40,385 nucleotides of DNA from a virus (IMGVR_UViG_3300033487_000226:1-40385), one strand, 5' to 3'; positions 18,601-26,206 are shown, counted from the first letter of the stretch. The notes: generated by a model not told the origin, from the letters alone. Made by a program: numbers and translations.

Positions 18601-19992
18601 CGCCGCTTCGCTCCCCGGCTGATGCAGAGCGCCCGCGCACTGGAGGCGTACAACAAGACGTTCACCACCCAGCGTCAGGGAGTCATGGCGCCGGAGAGCG
18701 GTGACGGGCAGTGGGCGCAGTGGGCCTTGGAAGACGGGGCACTGATTCCCGGCACGGGTGCGGAGTTCGGTGGTAGTCAGGCACGCATGATTGCTCAGCG
18801 CTTCCTCCAGGAGCCGGAGGACGGCTTGGTGGGCTTGCTCCAGGCTGGGTGGAATCAGCTCCAGCAGGGCAAGGCCAAGCTGGGTGGAATCTATGACGCG
18901 CTTGATTCGCACTGGCGCCTCGCGGTCTACATTGAACAGGTCAGCAAGGGGGTGGACCGGCTGGGCCTGCCACTACCCGAGGCCAGAAGCCGTGCGTCGC
19001 GCATCATCAACGAGAACTTCGCCAGCTCGGGCAGCGTGGGGCAGGCGGTGCGCGAAATGTCCAATCAATACGGCTTCCTGGCGCCGTTCATGACGTGGCA
19101 CGCGGACAACATCCGGGTCCACCTCAACTGGCTGCGCAATTCGGGCAAGGGGTTCAAGCCCACGAGCCTGAACGGTCAGCCGGTTCCAGGAGCGGCGAAC
19201 TCGCCCATGTCCGGGGAGGGGAGCGCGCAGGCGTTCAATGTGGCGATGCACTACGGCTTGATTGCTGGTCTCTTCGAGTTGACTCGCCGGCTGGCCGGCT
19301 TCACGGACCAGGACGTGGCGGTGGCCGAAGCGAGCACCAAGGGGAGCTTCAAGGCGTACAGCCCCGCCCCGGTGCGGGAGTGGCTGCCCTGGCGTGACGC
19401 CAAGGGACGGGCACAGGTGATTTCGTTGGTGCCGCTGTTCCCCAGCGCCGCGTTCCTCAAGGGCGACCCCAAGCAATTCCTGCTGTCGCGCATCATGCAG
19501 AACATCGTGCTGGGCTTCGTGCAGTCCGGCGCCGCCGAGGACAGCGTGAAGCGCAAGCTTGAGCTGCTGGGCTTGAGCGAGCGGGACTTCACCCCGGAGG
19601 TACTGCCGGGACAGGAGGGGCGCGCGGCTCTGGAGGCGGCCTGGAACTACATCGAGCCGGGCCTCATTCGGGACGTGCGCAACGTGGCCCGTCGCACCCA
19701 GCTTGCCGGGCAGCTCCGGCGCTTCGAGGAGCCGTACACCACCGGGCAAGCCCTGGCCGCGTTCACCCCGTTCAAAGCCGAGCCTGTGGGGCGTCAGTCC
19801 CAGGAGAGCGAGCGCGTCCGTGAAATCGCCCAGCGGAAGGACGTGCAAGGTGATTTGCGCACCGTCAACCGCATGGCTGCTCCGTTCAGCGAGAAGCAGC
19901 GTATGAGGGCTGCAATCAGGGCCGAGCTGGAGAAGCGGGTCCGTGAAGCTAGCCAGCGCAGCCAGCAGATTCGAGGCGACACCAACCCGTAG
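15631..19992 (+). CDS. Large internal virion / ejection protein (1453 aa)
   Basis: A/P-rich N-terminal half, helical C-terminal half; last large gene of the virion arm; no catalytic motif recognised. Confidence 0.7.
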   Translation: MADDKLKQRVMEELRRRGAVAAPPAPAPQPLPPPPSSPGVLSRAADLLNQGVTAAQKNAQLVLGNVLDPSYFQNFTIPFTDNASLPLTSLPGGALLATDAGRLLAARAYQSVNPFASGAVGEGTVEANPYAQRGAVQLADMLGDVPAAALQAGAQIVPGALVEAGAGAVARAPQVARTGYTALSQALPRMAQQAARTGGVSMGVNAAQAALGAAEGQRADTFTQAMTDPAQAVPSFLLGALPATAVEGLALRRANAAALADIAGPPPARAPETSTPAPDPVTQQHMIAAAQEPVTLPAMEELTQLTQLGRNQLPELPAPMQRSVLAPIPARREAGAMLYGAGGERPPAFNELPTRNIAVEATVPPVVPPGARTPPVDAPTRAYADLPLAMQRDMDPQARAQYIIDAANQLQAEAPGFSPAVGVAAPRASAPAAGTVVARAPATPLPSRIQDVDPAFVGTQLAAPSELPNPKSAAQRGNWKTYVGTPQGMRETFSAPAEVPSPPPAQAAANPLVSDMDVTNAMDLIDVAKATGENPAKAREVLYGPGAKNMGAAGRGDDTQIKWNRDILREQQRKADKPMVEQTQQLTDPQVIAEINASKDKRTVEMPGDPIPPGGLPPDVDVPGAAADDAAHALRRIREERNPNLLQEVAKKWGLPEHRAFPLEQAAIRGYKAAGHIQNVQFGKVFPMLRAAYTNAGKDGRRLIDNFVRQNLNRQTPTIPVEALPREFRELFQAGVEQNRFYRDELVKAGYFSPQQIKAIMEQEKAGLVWLHRDYKAYLDNSYLPDRGLMDRAIRWTVKKSEGRLNYGTAANELIALMSGTGDMQNRFRQSRLNREILKERANIPPIIRDLLGEVHNPAYVTAASMSEVERLWRQHKVSQTFTSPEYKGVLWDNQPNAAMHEARVWNDNMSAFENKRSFGEFAGKYVSPQLYEAIMQAPSPVMRSTLQRVGAFVTGMFKTAKVALSPVSYMNNWISNSANAAAAGLPVWNRRFAPRLMQSARALEAYNKTFTTQRQGVMAPESGDGQWAQWALEDGALIPGTGAEFGGSQARMIAQRFLQEPEDGLVGLLQAGWNQLQQGKAKLGGIYDALDSHWRLAVYIEQVSKGVDRLGLPLPEARSRASRIINENFASSGSVGQAVREMSNQYGFLAPFMTWHADNIRVHLNWLRNSGKGFKPTSLNGQPVPGAANSPMSGEGSAQAFNVAMHYGLIAGLFELTRRLAGFTDQDVAVAEASTKGSFKAYSPAPVREWLPWRDAKGRAQVISLVPLFPSAAFLKGDPKQFLLSRIMQNIVLGFVQSGAAEDSVKRKLELLGLSERDFTPEVLPGQEGRAALEAAWNYIEPGLIRDVRNVARRTQLAGQLRRFEEPYTTGQALAAFTPFKAEPVGRQSQESERVREIAQRKDVQGDLRTVNRMAAPFSEKQRMRAAIRAELEKRVREASQRSQQIRGDTNP

Positions 19993-20006
19993 CGAAGGAG
20001 GTACGC

Positions 20007-20180
20007 ATGAAGTTCAATCAGTTCAAGGTGTGGATGGCTGGCGTGGTGGGGGCGGCTACCGCCATTCTCCCCACGGCGGCCCCGGGCAGCCTGGAGTTCA
20101 AGGTGTGCCTGGGCATCATCGGCGCTGGAGCGGCGTGGGGCATCGTGTCCAGCGGCCTGCGACGGGACACCCAGAAGTGA
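20007..20180 (+). CDS. Small two-TM membrane protein, holin candidate (57 aa, absent from the ORF track)
   Basis: AAGGAGGT RBS; MKFNQFKVWMAGVVGAATAILPTAAPGSLEFKVCLGIIGAGAAWGIVSSGLRRDTQK. Confidence 0.75.
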   Translation: MKFNQFKVWMAGVVGAATAILPTAAPGSLEFKVCLGIIGAGAAWGIVSSGLRRDTQK

Positions 20181-20189
20181 GCTGGTGCG

Positions 20190-20220
20190 GCCACCTCCGC
20201 TCTTGTTCAGCGGAGGTGGC
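20190..20220. terminator. Hairpin at the convergence of the two arms (probable bidirectional terminator)
   Basis: gccacctccgct-cttgttc-agcggaggtggc, 12-bp perfect stem between converging stops at 20180 and 20231. Confidence 0.7.
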
Positions 20221-20230
20221 TGTGAATCAT

Positions 20231-20590
20231 CTACGAGTTGGGGGTGTCGTCGTTGACGACGTTTTGCAGCGCGGCTCCAGCCTTGACCACGGGATTGGTC
20301 GGCGGAACACGGACATGCTGCATGAGCCAGTCAAGCTGACGATTGATGGCCTCCATGTCTTTGGTAATCATGGCAATGGCCATTTTGTGCGTGTCCAGTA
20401 GCTCAAGCTTGGAGTTGATTGCTTCCACTCCCTTGACGAGGGCGTTGAGCTGCTGCTGCATCAACGGGAATTGGTCCACCGTGTGCGCGCTGCGCTCGAA
20501 GAAGCGCCCCCCGAGCAGCTTGAGGGTTGGCACCAGGATTTCCTTGGCCACCCAGACGTAAATCAATGTCTTGATATCTTCGGGGGACAT
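20231..20590 (-). CDS. Membrane-anchored coiled-coil protein (possible lysis accessory)
   Basis: Hydrophobic N-terminal segment followed by heptad-like repeats. Confidence 0.6.
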   Translation of the reverse strand: MSPEDIKTLIYVWVAKEILVPTLKLLGGRFFERSAHTVDQFPLMQQQLNALVKGVEAINSKLELLDTHKMAIAMITKDMEAINRQLDWLMQHVRVPPTNPVVKAGAALQNVVNDDTPNS

Positions 20591-20600
20591 TAGGCACCAA

Positions 20601-21365
20601 TCAAGTCATGGCAACCCAGGTGGAACCGTTGCAGAAGTAGAGCGCGTTCGTGCCCGCACCCACATCCACAATGTATCTGATTTGCCCGGCGAACGTGCCA
20701 CTGCACGTTGGTAGGGAGGTAGCACTGGTTAGCTTGACAATGCTGGATGTAATGGTGCCCGAGACATTGACCGTACCAAATGCACCTGTGCTCCCAGTCA
20801 CCGTGCCAGAAGCCGTGAAGCTGCCAGTGCTCATGCTGCCGCTAGAGTTGATTGCGGTGCCTGCTGTTACCGTGCCTCCGAAGCTGGCGTTGCAGGATGC
20901 GTTGGTGCAAGCCACACCCACGCCGCCCGACTTGCTCAGGGTGATTGATACCGCCGTCAAGTCGTGTGCGGCGTGTTCCGTGGCAATGGGCGTGTAGCTG
21001 CCTCCGCTTCCGCCACGGCGGGCTACGCCGCCCTGAACACGGAACACCTTGCACGTCGCACTACCGCTCTTTGGGATGACGGCCACCACGCGAAACCTGT
21101 CCGTGGTGGACGTGTCGTAGAGTGCAGTGGCGCTCACCTCCAAGCCGGTAGCGGACGTGACAGTGACGTCGGCGCTGGAGCCCACCGCGATGTATGCCGC
21201 CGCGTTGCACTGCACCACGATAGGCCCCACCGGCACCTGGAACGGAGCCGCCGTGGTGAGATTGTTGGTGCTGGCCCCGGCGGACACGATGGACCCCTGC
21301 AAGACGTCCAGGGCGAAGGCGGGCAGGGACAGGCACATGAACAACAGGAAGATGATTGAACGCAT
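20601..21365 (-). CDS. Secreted spike/fibre-like protein with signal peptide
   Basis: MRSIIFLLFMCLSLPAFA signal; beta domain, GGSGG linker, G/S/T beta repeats, C-terminal LPTC...IRY...YFCNGSTW knob-like motif; GGAGG RBS. Confidence 0.7.
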   Translation of the reverse strand: MRSIIFLLFMCLSLPAFALDVLQGSIVSAGASTNNLTTAAPFQVPVGPIVVQCNAAAYIAVGSSADVTVTSATGLEVSATALYDTSTTDRFRVVAVIPKSGSATCKVFRVQGGVARRGGSGGSYTPIATEHAAHDLTAVSITLSKSGGVGVACTNASCNASFGGTVTAGTAINSSGSMSTGSFTASGTVTGSTGAFGTVNVSGTITSSIVKLTSATSLPTCSGTFAGQIRYIVDVGAGTNALYFCNGSTWVAMT

Positions 21366-21437
21366 GAAACAGCCTCCAGGGTGGGGTGCTAGGGGGAGGC
21401 TGTCATATCAGCGCCAGGGCCTCAAGCGCTATGCCGT

Positions 21438-21467
21438 GAGCCCGCCGTGCGTCAACACGGCGGGCTC
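21438..21467. terminator. Perfect hairpin between the replication operon and the spike gene
   Basis: gagcccgccgtg-cgtcaa-cacggcgggctc, 12-bp stem; no clear U-tract. Confidence 0.5.
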
Positions 21468-21586
21468 TAGGACTTCCTCCGTTGCGCACCGGGGAGGCGC
21501 CAGCTCGCAAACTGGAGGTGGACCGCATTGACGTGTGGAGAGTGGTACACGCCCGGGTCAACACCATCCAGCCCACGCTAAATCAA

Positions 21587-22243
21587 CTACGCGGCAGCCT
21601 TCTTCTTGGCCACCTTCTTGGCGGGCTTGCTCGCCGGGGCGGGCTTCACCGGCTTCCCGTCCACCATCTCGACCGTGGACAGCTTCTCCAGGACCGACGC
21701 AGGCAGCTCCAGGCGGGTGCTCTCCCCCTTCATGTACTTGGTGGCGTCCAGGCCCAGCGCCTTGAGCTTCAGCGCGGTGGTGGAGGGCTTGCCCCGGTAG
21801 GTCAGATGGTGGGCCACCTCGCCCTTCTTCGCCCGCTTCTCGTACTGCACGAGGTTGTACTTCTGCTGCGCCTTGCGCGACACGGTGTTGCAGGCATCGC
21901 ACCGCCGCGAGCGGGGGGTGCGCAGCTTCACCTTGCATCCGGACTTGAGGGCCTTCAGGTCCACGCCCTGCTTGACGAGGCGCGCCTCCATGGCGGCCGG
22001 CATGCCCATGGCCGTCACGCACTGGCGCTCCTGCTTCTCCGGCTTGATTTCCTTCTTCACCTTCGCCCTGGGCTGCTTATTCTCGGCGGGCTTCACCGGC
22101 TTGCGCAGCTCCTTCGTCTTCTTCGGCTTCTCCGCCTTGGGCTTGCGCGCGGCCTTGGGCGGCTTGGTCGGCTGACCCTCCAAGGGCAGCTCGGGGGCCT
22201 TCGCGTTGTCGGGGTTCACGGCGTTCAGCGCATCGTTCGACAT
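21587..22243 (-). CDS. Lys/Pro/Ala-rich basic protein with CxxC (histone H1-like tails)
   Basis: ATG 22243 after AGGAGG; KPPKAARKPKAEKPKK and KPAKKVAKKKAAA tracts; CDAC. Confidence 0.8.
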   Translation of the reverse strand: MSNDALNAVNPDNAKAPELPLEGQPTKPPKAARKPKAEKPKKTKELRKPVKPAENKQPRAKVKKEIKPEKQERQCVTAMGMPAAMEARLVKQGVDLKALKSGCKVKLRTPRSRRCDACNTVSRKAQQKYNLVQYEKRAKKGEVAHHLTYRGKPSTTALKLKALGLDATKYMKGESTRLELPASVLEKLSTVEMVDGKPVKPAPASKPAKKVAKKKAAA

Positions 22244-22259
22244 GGTGTTTCCTCCTGAA

Positions 22260-24437
22260 TCAGACTTGACTCCACCGCTCTGCAATCTTCGAGTCCGCTG
22301 GGTAGCTGCGCGGCTTCGGTCCAATCTTCCTGGGCCGCCGGATGATATCCTCCATCATCCGGTGGACGCTCTGCGCTTCCTTCTTCGGACAAATCACATC
22401 GAATGAATCGTAGGTGTGCATGGCCAGCCACGCCTTGGGGAAGTAGTGTTTGATGTGGTAGTCCAGGGACTTATTGTAATCACGTTCGTCCGAGCCCACA
22501 AGGATATCGTTGGCCAAATCGGCTGCCCCGGACTGGACTTCGTAGTTGCTGGTCTCCGTGTCCGGGATGGGGTTCCCGGGTGGGTAGTACCGGCGCCGCT
22601 GCATGATGGGGCTCTCGTTGTAGCCATGCAGGTTGGCGAACTCCAGGCTGCGCACCCAATGGGCCGCAATGCCGGGGTGCTGCTCCGGGAAGAGATGGTA
22701 CAGCGTGCTGATTTCGTCAAATGGCGCGTCCGGAATCTGGGCCAGGACTTGGATGTAAACCACCTCCAGTCCGGCATGGTACTGGCAGGCCAGCCCCACC
22801 ACCTTGCCCTGACGGCGAATCATCTTCGGTACCGGGACGTCACTGGGGATGTTGAACCACTGCCGGGCCCTGGCGGTGTGGACGTCCCCGGTGTCCAGCG
22901 CGGCGCGCAGGGCCATGTCCCCCGTCACGTCCGCCATGACTTGCAGCTCGCACCCGCTCAAGTCGAAGTGGACGATGACGTAGCCCTTGGGCGCCACGAA
23001 CATATCGCGGAGATTGGGCAAATCACCTTGAAGCGCCCCGTCCTCCTCCTTCTTCTGCTCGGAGAGGTTATACATATTGGGGTCTTTGCAGGCGAAGCGG
23101 CCGGTCTCCGTGCCGCACGAGTTGTGCGCCGGGTGAATCCGTCCGTCCGAGCCAATCCGCGTCAACACCTTGTCCGAATCAACATGGGTGCTGCGTGCTT
23201 TGAACGGCGCGTCAACCTTCCACACCGTGCGGATGATGCGCTTCAGCTCCGGCGGCGTGTTGGGCTGGGCCATGAGGTAGAGCAGGGCGTTGCGGTTGAC
23301 GGACGCCTTACCCGTTTCCGTGCGGCACTTGTCCACCATCGGCACGTCCAGGTTGAAGCTGTCGATGCCCTTGACGCGACACTCGCCGTAAATCAATGCC
23401 GCAAGGTCCCCGTCGTTGACTCCGCCCTGCGTAGAGATGCGGAAGCCGTGGCCCCGCTCGGCCTTCACCTTCAGTCCGGAGTCCAGGTCCTTGCCGTCGT
23501 TGTGGATGACGACGTTGGCGTAGGGCTTGAGCATGACCGCCAGCTCCTTGGCCCGGGAGATGCCTAGCTCGGTCAGCTCGCGGGACAGCGCCACGCGGCG
23601 CTTCTCGTCCACCGGGAAGCCGTTGATGCTCATGCCGGCTGCCACCTTGGCCAGCCGGAGCTGCTGTTTGTAGAGGCGGAGGACGCGCGGCTTGTCGGCT
23701 GGGTCCTCGTTGAAGTCACGGAGCTGGCCGGTACGGACACGGGCCGCGTAGACCGTATCCTTGCCGTTGTAAATCAGGGCCCGCTCACGGGGAATCCGTG
23801 CCGCGTTGACGAAGCCCTTTTCGTCGCCGTCCTCGCTCTCCGTGGCCTCGGCCTTCCACGGCTCAACGGCGAGGTAGAGGCCGGCTTGGTGCGCAAGCGA
23901 CACCCGCGAGGTGGAGGAGAGCGCGCGGCGGAAGTCGCGCACGTCTTCAATCTCCCCGGCGAACGTGCAGCCATAGCGCTCCAGAATCGGGGCGTCATAG
24001 GCGAAGCCGTTGACGAACAACTTCCCAATGGACGGGTCCGCCATCAACTCTTTGATGCGCTCCCAGATGATGCGCTTCATCGGGAAGAACCAGCTCAACC
24101 CGATGCCATGGTAGAGCTGATTGTCAACCTTGACCTTGCAATCAATGCCGATGCCCACCACGCGCAGCTTGGCGTACATCGGCAGCTTGGCCCACTCGTC
24201 TGGGCCGTTGTCCGGCGGGGCGCTCTCGACGTCCACACTCAGCGGGAGACCGTGCTTGCGCGCGATTCTCTCCAACCACTCCAAGCGCTCCAACGGAGGG
24301 TCGCTGTAAATCAGCGGCGGCAAATCAAAGCCGCTGAGTCCCCGCTTGACGAACCCAACGATGTGAGCTTGAAGCGGGCCAAGCTGCTCGGGCTGCCTGA
24401 AGGTGAACGCTGGATGGATGACGGGAACGCCCCACAT
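22260..24437 (-). CDS. polA: DNA polymerase family A with 3'-5' exonuclease
   Basis: Exo I DVES, Exo II NGFAYD, Exo III YNGKD; TGRF, motif A DLSGCELQ, motif B RRQGKVVGLACQY, motif C YDS; ATG 24437 after GAGG. Confidence 0.93.
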   Translation of the reverse strand: MWGVPVIHPAFTFRQPEQLGPLQAHIVGFVKRGLSGFDLPPLIYSDPPLERLEWLERIARKHGLPLSVDVESAPPDNGPDEWAKLPMYAKLRVVGIGIDCKVKVDNQLYHGIGLSWFFPMKRIIWERIKELMADPSIGKLFVNGFAYDAPILERYGCTFAGEIEDVRDFRRALSSTSRVSLAHQAGLYLAVEPWKAEATESEDGDEKGFVNAARIPRERALIYNGKDTVYAARVRTGQLRDFNEDPADKPRVLRLYKQQLRLAKVAAGMSINGFPVDEKRRVALSRELTELGISRAKELAVMLKPYANVVIHNDGKDLDSGLKVKAERGHGFRISTQGGVNDGDLAALIYGECRVKGIDSFNLDVPMVDKCRTETGKASVNRNALLYLMAQPNTPPELKRIIRTVWKVDAPFKARSTHVDSDKVLTRIGSDGRIHPAHNSCGTETGRFACKDPNMYNLSEQKKEEDGALQGDLPNLRDMFVAPKGYVIVHFDLSGCELQVMADVTGDMALRAALDTGDVHTARARQWFNIPSDVPVPKMIRRQGKVVGLACQYHAGLEVVYIQVLAQIPDAPFDEISTLYHLFPEQHPGIAAHWVRSLEFANLHGYNESPIMQRRRYYPPGNPIPDTETSNYEVQSGAADLANDILVGSDERDYNKSLDYHIKHYFPKAWLAMHTYDSFDVICPKKEAQSVHRMMEDIIRRPRKIGPKPRSYPADSKIAERWSQV

Positions 24438-24439
24438 GA

Positions 24440-24628
24440 TTACTTGCCCTCGTTCTGCTTGATTGCAGTGTGGAGCTGACGCACGCGCTCCATGCACACG
24501 AGCATCTTGTCCACGAGCTGGTCCTCGCGGGCGTCATCCGCGTCGGGATGGAGGAAGCGCTTCAGCGTGTCCTCAAAGAGGAAGAGTTCAGTCAGCCGTT
24601 CGTTCCGGTTCTCGTCGTCGCGTTTCAC
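24440..24628 (-). CDS. Small hypothetical protein (62 aa) between the UDG-like gene and polA
   Basis: GTG start after GGGA; fills the gap almost exactly; charged helical sequence. Confidence 0.6.
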   Translation of the reverse strand: MKRDDENRNERLTELFLFEDTLKRFLHPDADDAREDQLVDKMLVCMERVRQLHTAIKQNEGK

Positions 24629-24641
24629 GGTTGTCCCATCG

Positions 24642-25169
24642 CTAGAATGGAATGTCGTCCTCCACCGGCTCCATGGCGGCGGAGGCTTCCACCGCTTCCC
24701 GTTGAGCGGCTTCGATGTTGATTGGAATGTGAAACCCCTGATACTTCCCCATCCCCTTCACCTCGCCCGTGAGCGCATGCAGCGCCCACTTGCCCATGAC
24801 CAGGACGCCAGCCTCCGGGTCGGCCTGCTTCAGCTCACGCAGCAACCGGGGCCGGCAAGCGGTCATCGCGGCCTTGGCCTCGCTCTCGCTCTTGGAGAGC
24901 GGAGCGCACAGGGCCGCGTTGGTGATGAAGATTTCAGCGCGGGGAACAGGGGGCTTACCCAGCTCACGGAAGGCAGCCTCCCAGAGGTGAGCCAGCCGAG
25001 CGCCCGTGGGTCCGACGAATGGGCGCCCCTTCTTCACCTCGGTGTTGCCCGGGTCCTGGCCGAGCCACACCCAGCGCGCGCCCTTTGGTCCCTCCGGCGG
25101 GACAGGCGTGCTGCCCCGCCGGGGGCAGGCGTCACAGTTTGCTCCGTGCTTGCGCGGGTCGTAGCTCAT
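24642..25169 (-). CDS. Family-4 uracil-DNA glycosylase-like protein lacking the C-terminal HPA motif
   Basis: CDAC, GQDPGNTEVKKGRPFVG, ITNAALC, ACRPRL (four Fe-S-type Cys); ends EDDIPF. Confidence 0.85.
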   Translation of the reverse strand: MSYDPRKHGANCDACPRRGSTPVPPEGPKGARWVWLGQDPGNTEVKKGRPFVGPTGARLAHLWEAAFRELGKPPVPRAEIFITNAALCAPLSKSESEAKAAMTACRPRLLRELKQADPEAGVLVMGKWALHALTGEVKGMGKYQGFHIPINIEAAQREAVEASAAMEPVEDDIPF

Positions 25170-25172
25170 GCG

Positions 25173-25238
25173 TCAAAACCTCCAGCAGAGGAAGGCAATC
25201 ACCAGTAGTGGCACCAGCCACTCGACAAGCCGGCGCAT
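25173..25238 (-). CDS. 21-aa hydrophobic peptide
   Basis: MRRLVEWLVPLLVIAFLCWRF fills the gap between a stop at 25240 and a start at 25169. Confidence 0.45.
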   Translation of the reverse strand: MRRLVEWLVPLLVIAFLCWRF

Positions 25239-25239
25239 C

Positions 25240-26142
25240 TCACAGCTTCTCGACGTGCAGCGACTCCTGGTGCACCGGTTTGCAGGCGTCCAGCTCCGCC
25301 TGGGTGAGCTGACCGGCCTCCACCAGCGCGCGGGCGTCCTGCTCGCTGTACTTGTAGACGATTTCCTTGATGCAAGCGTCGTCCGGGCTGATTCCCTTGC
25401 CAATCACCAACGCAAGGTAGTTCGCGTCGCTGGGCTGCTTGCGGAAGGTGACGCGGTGCTCGATGGTGTAGCGGGTGCCGTTGAAGCTGGTCTCCAGCTT
25501 CCCGCCCGCGTCCTTGGCCGCCGTCTTCAGAACTTCCTTCATGGTGGCCACGTTGGCCGCCAGCGGCTTGACCAGCTCGGCGTCCACCAGCTTGTAGACG
25601 TGGGCCAGATACTCGGGCCGGGAGTCCGCGCTGATGCTCTGCGCGAGGATGGTCAGTCCTTCCTTGAACTTCGCCTCCGCTTCGCGCACCGCACGCAAAC
25701 CGGAGAGGGCCTTGGACTCAGACTGCTTGGTGATTGCTGCCGTCGTCTTCTTGGTAACCATGCGCTGCTCCTTTACACGCTGATAGCGTGCCTTGATTTT
25801 GCACTTCTCGCTACATGATTTCTTGGGCGACCCGTGTTTCCCTGGCGTCAAGATGACGCCGCACGCGCACTTCTCGAACGCGGGGCTGCGCTGCTTGTGG
25901 CCGCCTTGACGGTGGAGCTTCGCGCACCCGTGCGAGCAGAACGCTGGCAGGTAGCCGGTGCGCTTGATTTCAAATTCATTGTTGCACTGCTTGCAAACAG
26001 CGGCGGCGGGACGGGTGCTCACCTGCCGCACTCTGTAGTCAACTTGAGCTTGATTGTAGCCTTGACCGTTCAGCAGCATGTCTGGCACTACCAGATTGGC
26101 GAACAGGCCAGCTAAATCAGCTTCTAGGTTTGTCCAGGCCAT
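25240..26142 (-). CDS. Two CxxC...CSxxC-type zinc fingers fused to a helical domain; possible internal start at 25761
   Basis: CKQC..FCSHGC and CAC..SCSEKC; AAGGAG precedes the in-frame ATG at 25761. Confidence 0.6.
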   Translation of the reverse strand: MAWTNLEADLAGLFANLVVPDMLLNGQGYNQAQVDYRVRQVSTRPAAAVCKQCNNEFEIKRTGYLPAFCSHGCAKLHRQGGHKQRSPAFEKCACGVILTPGKHGSPKKSCSEKCKIKARYQRVKEQRMVTKKTTAAITKQSESKALSGLRAVREAEAKFKEGLTILAQSISADSRPEYLAHVYKLVDAELVKPLAANVATMKEVLKTAAKDAGGKLETSFNGTRYTIEHRVTFRKQPSDANYLALVIGKGISPDDACIKEIVYKYSEQDARALVEAGQLTQAELDACKPVHQESLHVEKL

Positions 26143-26147
26143 CAACG

Positions 26148-26178
26148 AAAAGGCCGCCCGGCTTGTCACCGGGCGGCC
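26148..26178 (-). terminator. Rho-independent terminator after the SSB-like gene
   Basis: Minus strand ggccgcccgg-tgacaag-ccgggcggcc-TTTT. Confidence 0.8.
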
Positions 26179-26206
26179 CTCCTCACGCAGCTACTTCACG
26201 AGCGGA

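Noticed and set aside
15355-18912. 1185-aa antisense ORF
   Set aside because: Shadow of the GC3-biased 1453-aa gene; composition rich in R/G/H/L, no motifs, no clear RBS
2101-24437. 2-aminoadenine (Z-genome) system suggested by MazG plus a divergent PolA
   Set aside because: No PurZ/adenylosuccinate synthetase or HD-domain DatZ gene is visible
24438-24720. Group I/II intron, intein or stop readthrough joining UDG and PolA
   Set aside because: No intron or intein motifs recognised, several in-frame stops, and the gap holds an ordinary small ORF; RT-PCR is still needed to exclude splicing
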